64,000 bases of DNA from Thermodesulfobacteriota bacterium (lineage in GTDB: Bacteria > Desulfobacterota_D > UBA1144 > Nemesobacterales > JAJCZQ01), in contig OZ244044.1 of NCBI GenBank assembly GCA_965215275.1, positions 640,001 to 704,000 on the forward strand. Reading direction: 5' to 3'. The notes under the pieces are model-generated. The model searched no databases, was not told the origin of the DNA, and was given only the letters and a program-made list of their open reading frames with translations. Within the stretch, counting starts at the first letter, position 1; every line of letters starts with the position of its first letter. Positions 32,809-45,030 of this stretch are shown one piece after another. The position numbers were made by a program, and so were the translations under genes.

Positions 32809-34110
32809 ATGAAGTACGATATTATCACAATTTTTCCTGGTTTTTTTGACTCGATATTCTCGTCTGGAGTGATCAAGAAAGCCCTTGATAGTTCTATAAT
32901 AGACGTTAAGGTCCACGATCTCAGAGACTACGCTGAAAACAAGCACAGATCGGTAGATGACACACCTTACGGTGGGGGCGGGGGAATGCTGATGAGTGCC
33001 AAACCCCTTTCAAAAGCCATTGAGAACATAAAAAAAAATGACGAAAAATCCCTTGTAGTCCTCACCTCTCCGCAAGGCGAGATACTGAACGACGATATGG
33101 TAAACGAGCTAAAGAATTATGAGCAGATGGTAATTTTATGCGGAAGGTACGAAGGAATAGACGAGAGGATCAGAGAACTTTACGTGAATAGAGAAATTTC
33201 AATTGGCGACTACGTTGTCTCGGGAGGAGAATACGCAGCGGTAATAATAGTGGATGCTGTCTCAAGGAACATCCCAGGTGTACTGGGAAACAAGGATTCA
33301 GCCGTTAATGATTCATATAGAAATGGTTTGCTTGAACACCCTCATTACACAAAACCTGAACTGTTCAAAGGTGCAAGAGTACCTTCGGTACTTTTATCAG
33401 GTAACCACCGGCAAATAAATAAATGGAGGCTTACCGAAAGTATAAAGAGAACGTTCATTAATCGTCCGGAACTTCTGGACCATGCAAAACTGGACGTTGA
33501 TGGAACGCAGCAACTTATAGAGGTCCAGAACGAGTTAAAACCTGATTTTAAAGTTTATATTGCATTAATTCACTATCCCGTTTACAATAGGAACTTCAAA
33601 AAAATCACAACTTCGTTTACGAATCTGGATGCTCACGACATTGCAAGAGCGGCAAAGACCTATGGTGTCAGTAAATTCTATCTTGTAAATCCAAACCAGG
33701 ACCAGAGAGCATTGGTAACGAAAGTGATCGAGCACTGGACCAAAGGGGCCGGAGTAGAATTTAATCCAACCCGTAAAGAGGCTTTGGAAACAGTAGATAT
33801 CAAAAAAGATCTTGAAGAAGTGCTGAACGAAATAGAAGAAACAGAGGGGACCAGACCAAAAGTGATCGCCACGGACGCAAGGATCAAGAAAAATAATATG
33901 GTTGGTTATAAAGAGTTAAGGAACGAAATATTGAAAGAAGAACGACCGTTCCTGATCCTTTTCGGAACCGGATGGGGATTGGATGATGATATTATAGATT
34001 CTGCAGACTACACCCTAAAACCCATTAAAGGATTTGAAGACTATAACCATCTGTCGGTCAGAAGTGCGGCATCAATAGTGTTAGACAGGCTGTTATGCTG
34101 TACAATATAA
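32809..34110 (+). CDS. trmD: tRNA (m1G37) methyltransferase TrmD fused to a C-terminal SPOUT domain
   Basis: 'VDDTPYGGGGGM', 'CGRYEGIDER', 'SIGDYV'; extra ~190 aa 'ALIHYPV...DAHDIARAAKTYG...FGTGWGL...YNHLSVRSAASIVLDRL'. Confidence 0.93.
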   Translation: MKYDIITIFPGFFDSIFSSGVIKKALDSSIIDVKVHDLRDYAENKHRSVDDTPYGGGGGMLMSAKPLSKAIENIKKNDEKSLVVLTSPQGEILNDDMVNELKNYEQMVILCGRYEGIDERIRELYVNREISIGDYVVSGGEYAAVIIVDAVSRNIPGVLGNKDSAVNDSYRNGLLEHPHYTKPELFKGARVPSVLLSGNHRQINKWRLTESIKRTFINRPELLDHAKLDVDGTQQLIEVQNELKPDFKVYIALIHYPVYNRNFKKITTSFTNLDAHDIARAAKTYGVSKFYLVNPNQDQRALVTKVIEHWTKGAGVEFNPTRKEALETVDIKKDLEEVLNEIEETEGTRPKVIATDARIKKNNMVGYKELRNEILKEERPFLILFGTGWGLDDDIIDSADYTLKPIKGFEDYNHLSVRSAASIVLDRLLCCTI

Positions 34111-34125
34111 TTCAGGAGTATAAAG

Positions 34126-34467
34126 ATGAACGTTATAAATGAATTCGAAAAAGCACAAATAAGGGACGACGTACCCGATTTCAGAGCAGGTGACACCGTA
34201 GCCGTGCATTACAACATCAAAGAAGGTGACAGAAGAAGAAATCAGATATTCGAAGGTGTAGTAATTGCAAAAAAAGGCGGAGGTTTTAAAGAAACCTTTA
34301 CCATCAGAAAGATCTCTTATGGTATCGGAGTTGAAAGAATATTCCCAGTTCATTCACCTCTCATAAACAAGATCGAAGTAAAAAGAAAGGGTAAGGTCAG
34401 AAGAGCAAAACTTTATTACCTGCGTGGACTGTCAAAGAAAGCAAGTCGTATCAAAGAAAGGACGTAA
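34126..34467 (+). CDS. rplS: 50S ribosomal protein L19
   Basis: 'FRAGDTV', 'GVERIFP', '[12 protein letters not shown]'. Confidence 0.97.
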   Translation: MNVINEFEKAQIRDDVPDFRAGDTVAVHYNIKEGDRRRNQIFEGVVIAKKGGGFKETFTIRKISYGIGVERIFPVHSPLINKIEVKRKGKVRRAKLYYLRGLSKKASRIKERT

Positions 34468-34539
34468 GACCGGTCATCCGGTACCAGGCACGCGTTCTTC
34501 CGATAACTTGAAGTTTTGTAACCCGTGTTCTTCAGGCCG

Positions 34540-35268
34540 CTAACCTTCGTTCTGCTTCAAAGCCCCCATCACGTGAAACATTCGCTGCAGAGCAGTATAA
34601 ACAGAAAATATAAATAAGATAGCAAGCGATATTTTCAGCAAATAGTCTGATCCTGTAAAACCTATATACGCCGTGAGCATGTTCCCAAAATAGTTAAAAA
34701 CGGAAAGCAGGCCCAGGTAAACGACCCTTTCCGTTCTTTGCATAATCCCAACCTCACAGTTAACTCCTAACCCTTCTGCACGTGCCCGTGTATAACTAAC
34801 CATCATGGTTGAAACCACAATTAAGAATATCACATAAATATAATACGAATCTCTGAAATAGCTTAAAAGTCCCATATATATAAATGCTTCTGAGAACCTG
34901 TCCAGACAGGAATCAAAAAACGCCCCATGAGAAGAACTCAGATCCTGAGCTCTCGCAACTCTACCATCAAATATATCAAAAGTTGAACCGGCAAGTATTA
35001 AAACCCCTGCTACGAAGATCCAGCCAAGATGGAAAAAATATCCAGCAACTATAGAAACTATGAGAGTTGTAACGGTTAATACATTAGGGTGGTATTTATG
35101 CTCTATAAGATAATTCTCAATTGGTCTGACCAGAAGAAGCCACCATTCTTTCACACCTACGCCCAATAATTTGGACGATTCAGGTCTTTTTTTCCCCTTG
35201 GACCTATCAGTAAGTTCTTCTGATGAAATCATATATAAATTATAATCAGAATTTGCAGAAAAATGCAA
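34540..35268 (-). CDS. CDP-alcohol phosphatidyltransferase (start may be the second Met)
   Basis: 'PNVLT', signature 'DIFDGRVAR..GAFFDSCLDR'. Confidence 0.9.
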   Translation of the reverse strand: MHFSANSDYNLYMISSEELTDRSKGKKRPESSKLLGVGVKEWWLLLVRPIENYLIEHKYHPNVLTVTTLIVSIVAGYFFHLGWIFVAGVLILAGSTFDIFDGRVARAQDLSSSHGAFFDSCLDRFSEAFIYMGLLSYFRDSYYIYVIFLIVVSTMMVSYTRARAEGLGVNCEVGIMQRTERVVYLGLLSVFNYFGNMLTAYIGFTGSDYLLKISLAILFIFSVYTALQRMFHVMGALKQNEG

Positions 35269-35465
35269 AAATATGCTGGATATTATAACGCTGAATTTTG
35301 AGAATTATACAGACAGCTATGCTGAATGAACAAAGACGGCGTTCTTAACAAAACTATATCTGACGGAAAGATCTCAGTTAGTTCAATACCTTTGAAAGGA
35401 CCGCTGCTAATTTTTTGGGACTTATATACTTAACTCCACAAAATTTAACACTTTATTTTTATCGT

Positions 35466-37078
<1,613 letters not shown>

Positions 37079-37082
<4 letters not shown>

Positions 37083-38002
37083 CCAACTAATCTCTTATAA
37101 GTCAGTCTTTTATTAAATGATCTGTCACACAACGAGTTAATTCTCTCCGTAGTGTGTCTCTTAACATTACCATCATTTAATCTGAAAGAAAACTCATTTA
37201 CATATCTGCCTATATGCTTTCTGTTTATTCTACCATGAAACACTCCGTCGAAACCCCTCTTTAATACTGCCCAGAAAGACTCTACACCATTCGTGCTTGC
37301 CATTCCTTTTACATATTCCTTAACGCTGTGATTAACAGAATCATGGTTATATCCTGCTACACCTCTTTTCCAGTGACTCGCATCATCCGTATAAAGTTGT
37401 GAACCACTTTCTATACTTTTATAAACTGCATTATGAACTGTAGATAAACTTGTATCTTCAACAGGCATTGCTTTAGTCTTGCCAGTTCGTTCCCTCATAC
37501 CAAGTATAACGGATTTTGTTTTTGTACTTTTTCCCTGATTATGTGGTGTTCTTTTATCTCTATGTTTGTTTTTTTCTTTACCTCCCACATAGGTCTCATC
37601 TATTTCTACTATACCTTTAAGCATTAAACTATCTTCCCCGCATGCCTCTCGTATCCTATGAAGCATAAACCACGCTGTCTTCTGCGTGACCCCTATCTCT
37701 TTTGCCATCTGAACCGATGATATACCTTTTCTTGCCGTTACAACTAAATACATTACATATATCCATTTGTGGAGTTGAACATGACTTTTACCAAATATCG
37801 TGCCACTGCGAACCGTAAAGTGCTTATAACAACCATTGCATTTATGGTAAGGTTTTCTCTTTAATCTTGTAGTATCAAAACATCCACATTCAGGACAAAA
37901 CACTCCATTCTTCCATCTTCTACTTTCCAGATATTCAATCGCTTTATCTTCATCAGAAAATTTAGACATAAGATCGTATGTGCTTATTGTGCTTTTACTC
38001 AT
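37079..38002 (-). CDS. IS1595-family DDE transposase
   Basis: Zn ribbon CPECG..CNGC, 'KTAWFMLHRIR', 'VEIDETYVGG', 'LYTDD', 'TNGVESFW', 'YVNEFSFR'. Confidence 0.95.
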
Positions 38003-38053
38003 TACTTTTCCTCCGTTATTATATCCATTAATATAATAATTTACCTTGTGGAG

Positions 38054-40554
38054 TCAAGTATATAAGTCCCAATTTTTTATCCGAGACCTTATCTTCCTTC
38101 TGATAACAACGGATACAGGTATAAGCATCAGAGATGCTACTGCTGTGAGCATATCAGAAGCAGCTTCGTTCTGCTCGGAGACCGCACATCCTCCTCCACC
38201 TGCATCACTACCTGATGGTGTTGGTCTTCGTGTCGGTGGTCTTGTTGTTGGTGGGTCTGTTGGTCCTGGCGGCGTGGTTGTTACCCTGATAGTGAATCTC
38301 AGCTCGTCCGTATCTCCATCTTCATCCGTTACCGTATATGTATAACTGCCGGAAGATACAGCAGTTGGTGTTCCGCTGATCACTCGGTCAGTTTCACTGA
38401 AAGTAAGTCCAGCAGGTAAAGAAAGAGGGGACAGGCTGTAGGTTAATTCTCCATTCCCTGCTGTTGCCTCAGGCAGTGTTTCCTTTATTGCAGTTCCCGG
38501 CACGTAATTCTTATCTGGTATGGTCCAGCTGTTAAACGTCGGTTTATTACCAGACATATGACCATAGACCTTAATGTTCCATGAGTGTAAGGTCCCCGCA
38601 CCTGCGACTGAAGCGTTGGTTATCTTCAAGGTCCACTCTCCGGCAGGGTCCGTTCCCAAGTGATTAGCTAAACCAAAACGATGCTCTCTGCCTGTATAGT
38701 CAAAGTCGTCTACAGTAAGAGATCTGCCAGATAATAAAAGTGATAAAGCTTCTGCTGGATATGCCTCAGTGAGTTTTGACACTCTACCGTCAGGGGAAGT
38801 TATTTCTATACTTAAAAAAGGAAAGAAAGGGTGAGTGAAATTGATACCGATCTCTATAAATTCCGTAAATACCTCAGTACCTGTTATATCGATATCAGGT
38901 ACTGTAAGTGTGAAAACAGCGGAAACATCTTTTGCATCTTCTCCCGTTGTGAATCCTGGTATAACCGTATCGATATTACCCGAGGAAACCGTCACGGGTC
39001 TCATTGGCGGTGGAACGTTGGTCCAGCTTTCGGCAAGTTCTGCTGCAGCAGCAGCGTCTACAATGCCAAAACCGAATTTTGGATTGTAACGATAATATTC
39101 TGAATCAGAACCGTATTGAAGTGCCACTCTAGTCCATTGTGTGTCGGTAAAACCTAACTGTACGTCATGACTGGTTGAACCTGCCAGTATCAGTTTCAGG
39201 TCTCGCCAGCTAAGATCACTGTTTACCTCCCGCAGCAGTGCTGCTACTCCTGAAACGACAGCAGCTGAATTTGACGTTCCAGGGAACTCAAAACTGTAAC
39301 CGTCGTTATTGTCGGTAGTTACAATACCAGAACCCGGTGCACATACCCACAGATTGAAACCCTCTTCTGAAAAGGAACTTTTAGTAACACTAGATGAAGT
39401 CTTACCGCTCTCTGCTGAACATACAGTGGTTACAGCGTAGTAGTTGGAATACTCATCAAAATTAGCCTGCTCTGCTCCTTCATGTCCGTCCCCTGCTGCC
39501 CACACGTAAAATACTCCTTTACCACCAAATCCTTCTCTTATACCCGTTCTCACTCCTTCTTCCCATTCTGATGAAGCCTCTGTAAGAACCGGCAGGTCCT
39601 TCGGTCCCCAGTTGTTGACCGATACAGCCGTTATATCCTTATTACGGACCATGGCATCCTTTGCGTTAGCATCACTGAAGTTATCAGCTAAATTATAACT
39701 GTAGATGCCTGCCTGAGGTGCTACACCTCTTACTCCAAGGCTGTTATCACCCACTGCTGCTATAATGCCAGCCACACGTGTACCACGACCACTTGAAGGA
39801 CTGTACAGATCACCGCTTCCTGAATAATCATGAGAAAGTGTGGTATCCACGTTATCAGCAAGGTCCTCATGATCTGTGTCCATACCATGATCTACCACTG
39901 CTACGTTAATCCCAGCTCCAAATATACTATCATCCCAGACCTCTTCTATGTTTATATCTATATCTTCTTCAGAGGTTTGGAATATCAGCTCGCCACTTAC
40001 TTGCACATCAACTGCTGGACGTTTCAGATACCACTGACACCCGTATAAGGGATCATTTGGAAAATTGGTAGTGATATCTGTACAGTCGCCGAGTAAGTTT
40101 TGAGAATCAGCTAATAAAACTCTGATATTGTAGGGTGTACTTCCACTGCTTCCCACAACTATATAGTACATTCCCTGTCTTAAGCGGGTTTGTAGAGTGG
40201 CCGTTGCTGCGTTACCTGACAAAGTCACTTCAGCAGTACTTGCTATCAGACCATCATTGCTGTCACATAACTGTAAGCTGTATCCCAGATCATTGGAGAA
40301 GGGGAAATTTGCCTTTATATCTACAATAAGATCTTCATTTATGTTTGTCCGAAAGTAATGCGGACCAGAACCGGCAGCTAAACTTCCACTACGTGTACTT
40401 CCGGCTACTCTCAACGTAGCTTCGGTCGTTGCACTGGAGTCACAGTTATTAACGCTGGTCTGACCATATGCACCAACGTTTACAAAGCACAGAAGAAAGA
40501 AAAAGGGAATTAATAACTTATGGGGGGGGGTATTACTCTGAATAAGATGTTCAT
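38054..40554 (-). CDS. S8 paralog 4: His-less pseudo-peptidase + P-domain + 1 Ig repeat + GGGGC-CTERM; frameshifted at poly-C (main ORF 38054-40414); stop codon interrupted by the IS
   Basis: VVDHG / GRGT / AGDG / GTS. ATG at 40554 followed by C9; C10 gives MNILFRVIPPPHKLLIPFFFLLCFVNVGAYGQ. Confidence 0.87.
40522..40530 (-). repeat. G9 (C9 coding) tract in the paralog-4 signal peptide
   Basis: Read directly. Confidence 0.9.
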
Positions 40555-40563
40555 GACCTTTTC

Positions 40564-40593
40564 ATTTTACTTTGTATTATTAATGAATGTCAA
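40564..40593 (-). promoter_or_regulatory. Sigma70-like promoter of S8 paralog 4
   Basis: Minus strand TTGACA (40593-40588), 18 nt, TAAAAT (40569-40564). Confidence 0.65.
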
Positions 40594-40805
40594 GAATAAT
40601 TTCTTTTTTAACATGTACAAGTGCGGTACTGTACCATACCCTAACTCTCACCAATATCATCATAACCAGCCACAGTCCCAGTTCCTGCTCAAGCCGGGGT
40701 GAAACCGGCATGGGAAAAACTACCCGTCTGCAAATAAACGGATAGAAAATAATCAGACATATCAGACCCGAGCCTGCTTTCCATTCAGTCGGTGAAACAT
40801 GCCAG

Positions 40806-41450
40806 CTAAACAACATAAACAACCAAATAAACGACATTTGCCATGAAATGGAACGCCACACTTGACCAGATAGTGCCCGTTTTCATAAAAAGATATCCCA
40901 TTACGAGAGATGGAAAGAAAGTGCAGGCGTTGTTTACACAAACGGTACCTACGCTTCCCGCCGTCACGCAAACCAGTATCAGGTGAGCTATTGCAAACAA
41001 AGCACTGACCAGAACTATGGATTTGTACGTATTTCCAAACTCTCTCTGTAAATATCCTCGGAAAAAGAACTCTTCGGGAAAAGCAATTAATACAAACTGC
41101 GAAAATAAAAAGATACCGATCTCCCTTGTATCGCCAAACTTCCTGATATCCAAACTGCTTCCAACCCATTTGGAATATAGAAAGAGAAACAAGACATAAA
41201 AGAACAGGATAATGATCGATAAACCCAGTCCTTTAAGCAGTTTCGGTGTATTGAAGTGAAAAAAATCCAGGTCTTTGACCAATAATGCCGGAAGAATAAG
41301 CATTATATAGACACTGATATCCCATCCCAAAAACAGCTTTACAAAAAGAGAGGCAAGGAGCAAGACCAGATATGAAAAGACGGGTACTTTATAACGCTTA
41401 ATCAGTTCCTTTACCTTATAAAGCAAGGGAGTTCGTTTTATAAAAAGCAC
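40806..41450 (-). CDS. CPBP/CAAX (Rce1-like) glutamic intramembrane protease; candidate sorting enzyme
   Basis: Multi-TM; 'PEEFFFRGYLQ', 'SALFAIAH', 'AFHFMAN' (EExxxR, FxxxH, HxxxN). Confidence 0.88.
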   Translation of the reverse strand: MLFIKRTPLLYKVKELIKRYKVPVFSYLVLLLASLFVKLFLGWDISVYIMLILPALLVKDLDFFHFNTPKLLKGLGLSIIILFFYVLFLFLYSKWVGSSLDIRKFGDTREIGIFLFSQFVLIAFPEEFFFRGYLQREFGNTYKSIVLVSALFAIAHLILVCVTAGSVGTVCVNNACTFFPSLVMGYLFMKTGTIWSSVAFHFMANVVYLVVYVV

Positions 41451-41488
41451 TGATTACAAGCCCTTGGGTTAAACCTATCACGCGTCAT

Positions 41489-41926
41489 TTAATAAACGTT
41501 TTCAGTTTTCTCTGATTCACATACTTCGTTTACAGTGTCCTTTACCAGCTGTCCATCTTCCCAGACTCTTTCTCTGACCTTATGACAGTTCGTTCGCTCA
41601 TTAAAATCCTGTGGTGTGGCCTCGATCCTCCTGTATCCGTCCTCGCTCCTGTAAACCACGGGTCTGCCTTCCCGTGCAGCCTCGCGTGACGCCTGCTCGG
41701 ATATATCTGCAAGAGAACCTCCAAAGATAGCTCCCAGAGCGCTCCCTATAGAAGCACCTCTCCAGCGATTTTCTCTATCTATCAACGCCCCTGCGGCAGC
41801 GCCTACCGCAGCACCTATACTTGCACCTTCTCCAACGCTCTTGGTACATGACGGCATAAAAAATAAGCATCCAGCAAATAAAACCAAAGAAATTTTCAAA
41901 CAGATGTTCCTTAAACTGTTTATCAC
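41489..41926 (-). CDS. Glycine-zipper lipoprotein
   Basis: Lipobox-like 'FFMPSC'; 'GASIGAAVGAAAGALI...GASIGSALGAIFG'. Confidence 0.75.
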   Translation of the reverse strand: MINSLRNICLKISLVLFAGCLFFMPSCTKSVGEGASIGAAVGAAAGALIDRENRWRGASIGSALGAIFGGSLADISEQASREAAREGRPVVYRSEDGYRRIEATPQDFNERTNCHKVRERVWEDGQLVKDTVNEVCESEKTENVY

Positions 41927-42033
41927 TTTAATTCTCCCGTTAATGAACTTAACGATGAAATTCTAATCAAAATCAAATAAGTTGCAAAGCAATTAACGTT
42001 TTTTTGAAAATACTATATAATTACATTTTTTGA

Positions 42034-45030
42034 TTGAGGTTAAAACAACTGAAAATGAACTTGAGAAGGGCTTTTAAAATACTTAACGGAAATACTCTCC
42101 TGGTCATACTTATATCCCTGCTGCTGTCGCTGTTTTTAATTTCCGATAATTCCGCACAGCAGCGATCCAGTGACTACAACCTGGCAATATTACCAGCGAC
42201 CCTTAACTACGTAGACCAATACTACGTGGATGAAACGAAAATCGATCTTAATCAGATGACGATCAAAGGACTTAACAAACTTGAGAGTCTGGTCAATGAG
42301 ATACTCGTTCATTTTCCCGACCCGCAAAGCAGTTCTGATTTCACCGTGCAGGTCAATAAAGAAGTAAAAAGTTACAGGAACGTGAAAACAGACAGCTGGA
42401 GCAGCATTAATGAGGTCATGCAGGACGTCTTTTCGTTCGTAATACCCAGTCTGAAAAGCACCCGGATAAAACCCGTTGAAATAGAGTATGCGGTCATGGA
42501 TACAATGCTGAAAACCCTGGACAAGCATTCAGGGATCATCACACCCGAAGTTTATAATGAGTTCAGGATCGAAACCGAAGGACATTTTGGCGGACTTGGC
42601 ATCGTTATAGGGATCAGAGACGGGCAACTTACGGTAATTTCCCCTCTTGAAGGCACACCGGCCTACAGAGCCGGAATAAAGTCAAATGACAAAATAGTGC
42701 AAATTGAGAGTGAATCGACCATTAATATGTCCCTTATGGAAGCGGTAAACAGGTTAAGAGGAAAAAAGGGAACAAAGGCAAAGATCTATATCATGAGAGA
42801 TTCCTTCAACGAGATAAAAGAATACTTAATAACAAGAGACACCATAAAGATCGAAAGCGTTGAAGACCTTTCCCTTGACGGTGAAATACTGTATATAAAG
42901 ATCAGGGATTTTCATAAGAACACCATTAAGAGCCTCAAAGAAACAATACGTAATAACAGGAACGATATAAATGGGATCATACTGGACCTGAGAGGAAATC
43001 CTGGAGGACTGCTTGAGCAGGCAGAACAAGTGGCAAATCTTTTTCTTTCTTACGGAACCATCGTTACTACCAAAGCCAATAATTATCAAAGAAGCTATTA
43101 TGCAAAATCGTACCGGTCCGAATTCAATGGAAAGGTCGTAGTGCTCGTGGACTCCGGAAGTGCAAGTGCTTCCGAGATCGTCGCAGGGGCTTTAAAGAAC
43201 AATCAAAGAGCAATAATAATCGGAGAAAAGACCTTCGGAAAAGGTTCGGTACAGCAGATCTTTGACCTGAAGGGCGGAGCTGCTCTAAAACTCACTATTG
43301 CAGATTATCTGACGCCCGGAGACATCTCCATCCAGAACGTAGGAATTACACCCGACATTGAAGTAGTACCCGTGATAATTACAGAAAAGGATGTAATGTA
43401 CAATGATATAAAGAAAAATGAGCAGACAGAAACAGTTCCTGTACACAAGATCAAATACTTATATAAAATGCCAATTCAGGAACAGGATGAACAGATCCAT
43501 GACGAGGCACTGGCAGAAAGCGAGAAAAAGGAAAAAATAAATAAGGATTTTGCGGTTCAGCTTGCAAAGAACATCATCGAATCGGTAAACGTTCTGGACA
43601 GAGAAGAGGTACTGAAAAAAGGTAAACGTGTAATTACTGATTTTATCTCCAAGGAAGAAAAACATATTGAACTGAAATGGAAAGAACTCGGCATAGACTG
43701 GTCATCTGGAAACGGTTTTTCATCCGACCCGGACCTCCAGTTCCAGCTGCATCCATCAAAACCGAAGTTCATTGCCGGAGAAAAAACCGCAACGGCCGTA
43801 ACGGCAACGAACAACGGGACCAATCCCATTTACAGATTAAGAGCTATAACAGCTTCTGATAATCCCGTTCTTAACGGCAAAGAGGTGATATTTGGAAAGC
43901 TGCTTCCGGGACGGTCAAAAAGTCTGGATATAAACTTTGACGTTCCGGAATGGGTCAACACAAGGAACGACGAGGTGAAGATCAAGTTCTTCCACTCGGA
44001 CAATGAATATATCAAGGAGAGTAATTTCGATATAAGCACTATTGCAAAGGGCAAGCCGCTTTTTGCCTATAACTTCGAGGTCGTTGACGACGGCAGATAT
44101 GGATCCACGGGCAATGCAAATGGTGAACTGGACGAAGGAGAGCAGATATCATTAGTATTTAATATAAAGAACACGGGTACCAGCAGATCCCCAAAGACCA
44201 TAGTTACCATCAAAAATCTGTCAGGGGAAGCCTTATATCTTCAAAAGGGCAGATTTGAACTTGCCGAGCTGAAACCAGGTGAAAGCCAGATAGCTTCTTT
44301 TCTTTTTAGAGTTAATAACAAAAACAACATAAATCTGGAGATCAGCATCACTGACGACGCGTCCAGACAGATAATAACAACCAACCGAGTAGACCTGGTC
44401 AGATCAAACAATACTGAAAAGTTCGTAAGGTCCGAAGGCTGGGTAACCATAGAAAAAAGGACCCCGATCATGGGAGGGAACGATACCTTACCGTTAATTG
44501 CCTACGCCGAGAGCGGTTCAGTTTTCGACCTGCTTGGTTACAAGGGTGAGCATGCCAAGATCAGGCTGCCCACTTTAGAAAGAGCAGGATGGGTACTGAA
44601 AGAAAACATTAAAATAGATAAAGAACAAAAGAAAGAAAAAGACAGTCATGACTTTAAGGAAGTGTTTTTTTACAGCCAGCCCAGTATGGAAAATATGATT
44701 AATGATAGAAGAGACTTTAAGGAAGTGTTTTTTTACAGCCAGCCCAGTATAGATATCGCAAGTACGTCACTGGTAACGAACAAGAAAGAGATAAGTATCA
44801 GAGGCTCAGTTACCGATAACAATAAAATAGAGAGCATATCTATTTTTAAAGGCGACGATAAGATCAAGCTGTTAACCCCCAATAAAAACAGTCAGGTATT
44901 TTCATTTAATTCAAGTCTGGAAGACGGTATAAACGTTTTCAGTATAGTTGCAAAGGACACCAGCGGTTTATTTTCCAAAGAAACCGTTACGATAAGAAAA
45001 TCCACCTCTCCTGTAACCTTGAATGATTAA
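42034..45030 (+). CDS. S41A C-terminal processing peptidase with long C-terminal extension
   Basis: PDZ 'FGGLGIVIG', 'LDLRGNPGG', catalytic 'SASASEI', 'TFGKGSVQ'; ~500 extra aa of beta-rich domains. Confidence 0.9.
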   Translation: MRLKQLKMNLRRAFKILNGNTLLVILISLLLSLFLISDNSAQQRSSDYNLAILPATLNYVDQYYVDETKIDLNQMTIKGLNKLESLVNEILVHFPDPQSSSDFTVQVNKEVKSYRNVKTDSWSSINEVMQDVFSFVIPSLKSTRIKPVEIEYAVMDTMLKTLDKHSGIITPEVYNEFRIETEGHFGGLGIVIGIRDGQLTVISPLEGTPAYRAGIKSNDKIVQIESESTINMSLMEAVNRLRGKKGTKAKIYIMRDSFNEIKEYLITRDTIKIESVEDLSLDGEILYIKIRDFHKNTIKSLKETIRNNRNDINGIILDLRGNPGGLLEQAEQVANLFLSYGTIVTTKANNYQRSYYAKSYRSEFNGKVVVLVDSGSASASEIVAGALKNNQRAIIIGEKTFGKGSVQQIFDLKGGAALKLTIADYLTPGDISIQNVGITPDIEVVPVIITEKDVMYNDIKKNEQTETVPVHKIKYLYKMPIQEQDEQIHDEALAESEKKEKINKDFAVQLAKNIIESVNVLDREEVLKKGKRVITDFISKEEKHIELKWKELGIDWSSGNGFSSDPDLQFQLHPSKPKFIAGEKTATAVTATNNGTNPIYRLRAITASDNPVLNGKEVIFGKLLPGRSKSLDINFDVPEWVNTRNDEVKIKFFHSDNEYIKESNFDISTIAKGKPLFAYNFEVVDDGRYGSTGNANGELDEGEQISLVFNIKNTGTSRSPKTIVTIKNLSGEALYLQKGRFELAELKPGESQIASFLFRVNNKNNINLEISITDDASRQIITTNRVDLVRSNNTEKFVRSEGWVTIEKRTPIMGGNDTLPLIAYAESGSVFDLLGYKGEHAKIRLPTLERAGWVLKENIKIDKEQKKEKDSHDFKEVFFYSQPSMENMINDRRDFKEVFFYSQPSIDIASTSLVTNKKEISIRGSVTDNNKIESISIFKGDDKIKLLTPNKNSQVFSFNSSLEDGINVFSIVAKDTSGLFSKETVTIRKSTSPVTLND
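44650..44750 (+). repeat. 38-bp direct repeat with 63-bp period (in-frame duplication)
   Basis: gactttaaggaagtgtttttttacagccagcccagtat at 44650-44687 and 44713-44750. Confidence 0.9.

Noticed and set aside
40520..40861. Short ORFs 40520-40702 (+) and 40580-40861 (-)
   Set aside because: They overlap the paralog-4 promoter/poly-G and the CPBP end, have no recognisable motifs, and are likely spurious.
44650..44750. Repeat-spacer-repeat as a mini CRISPR array
   Set aside because: Only two copies, in frame inside a protein-coding gene, not palindromic, and no cas genes in the window.
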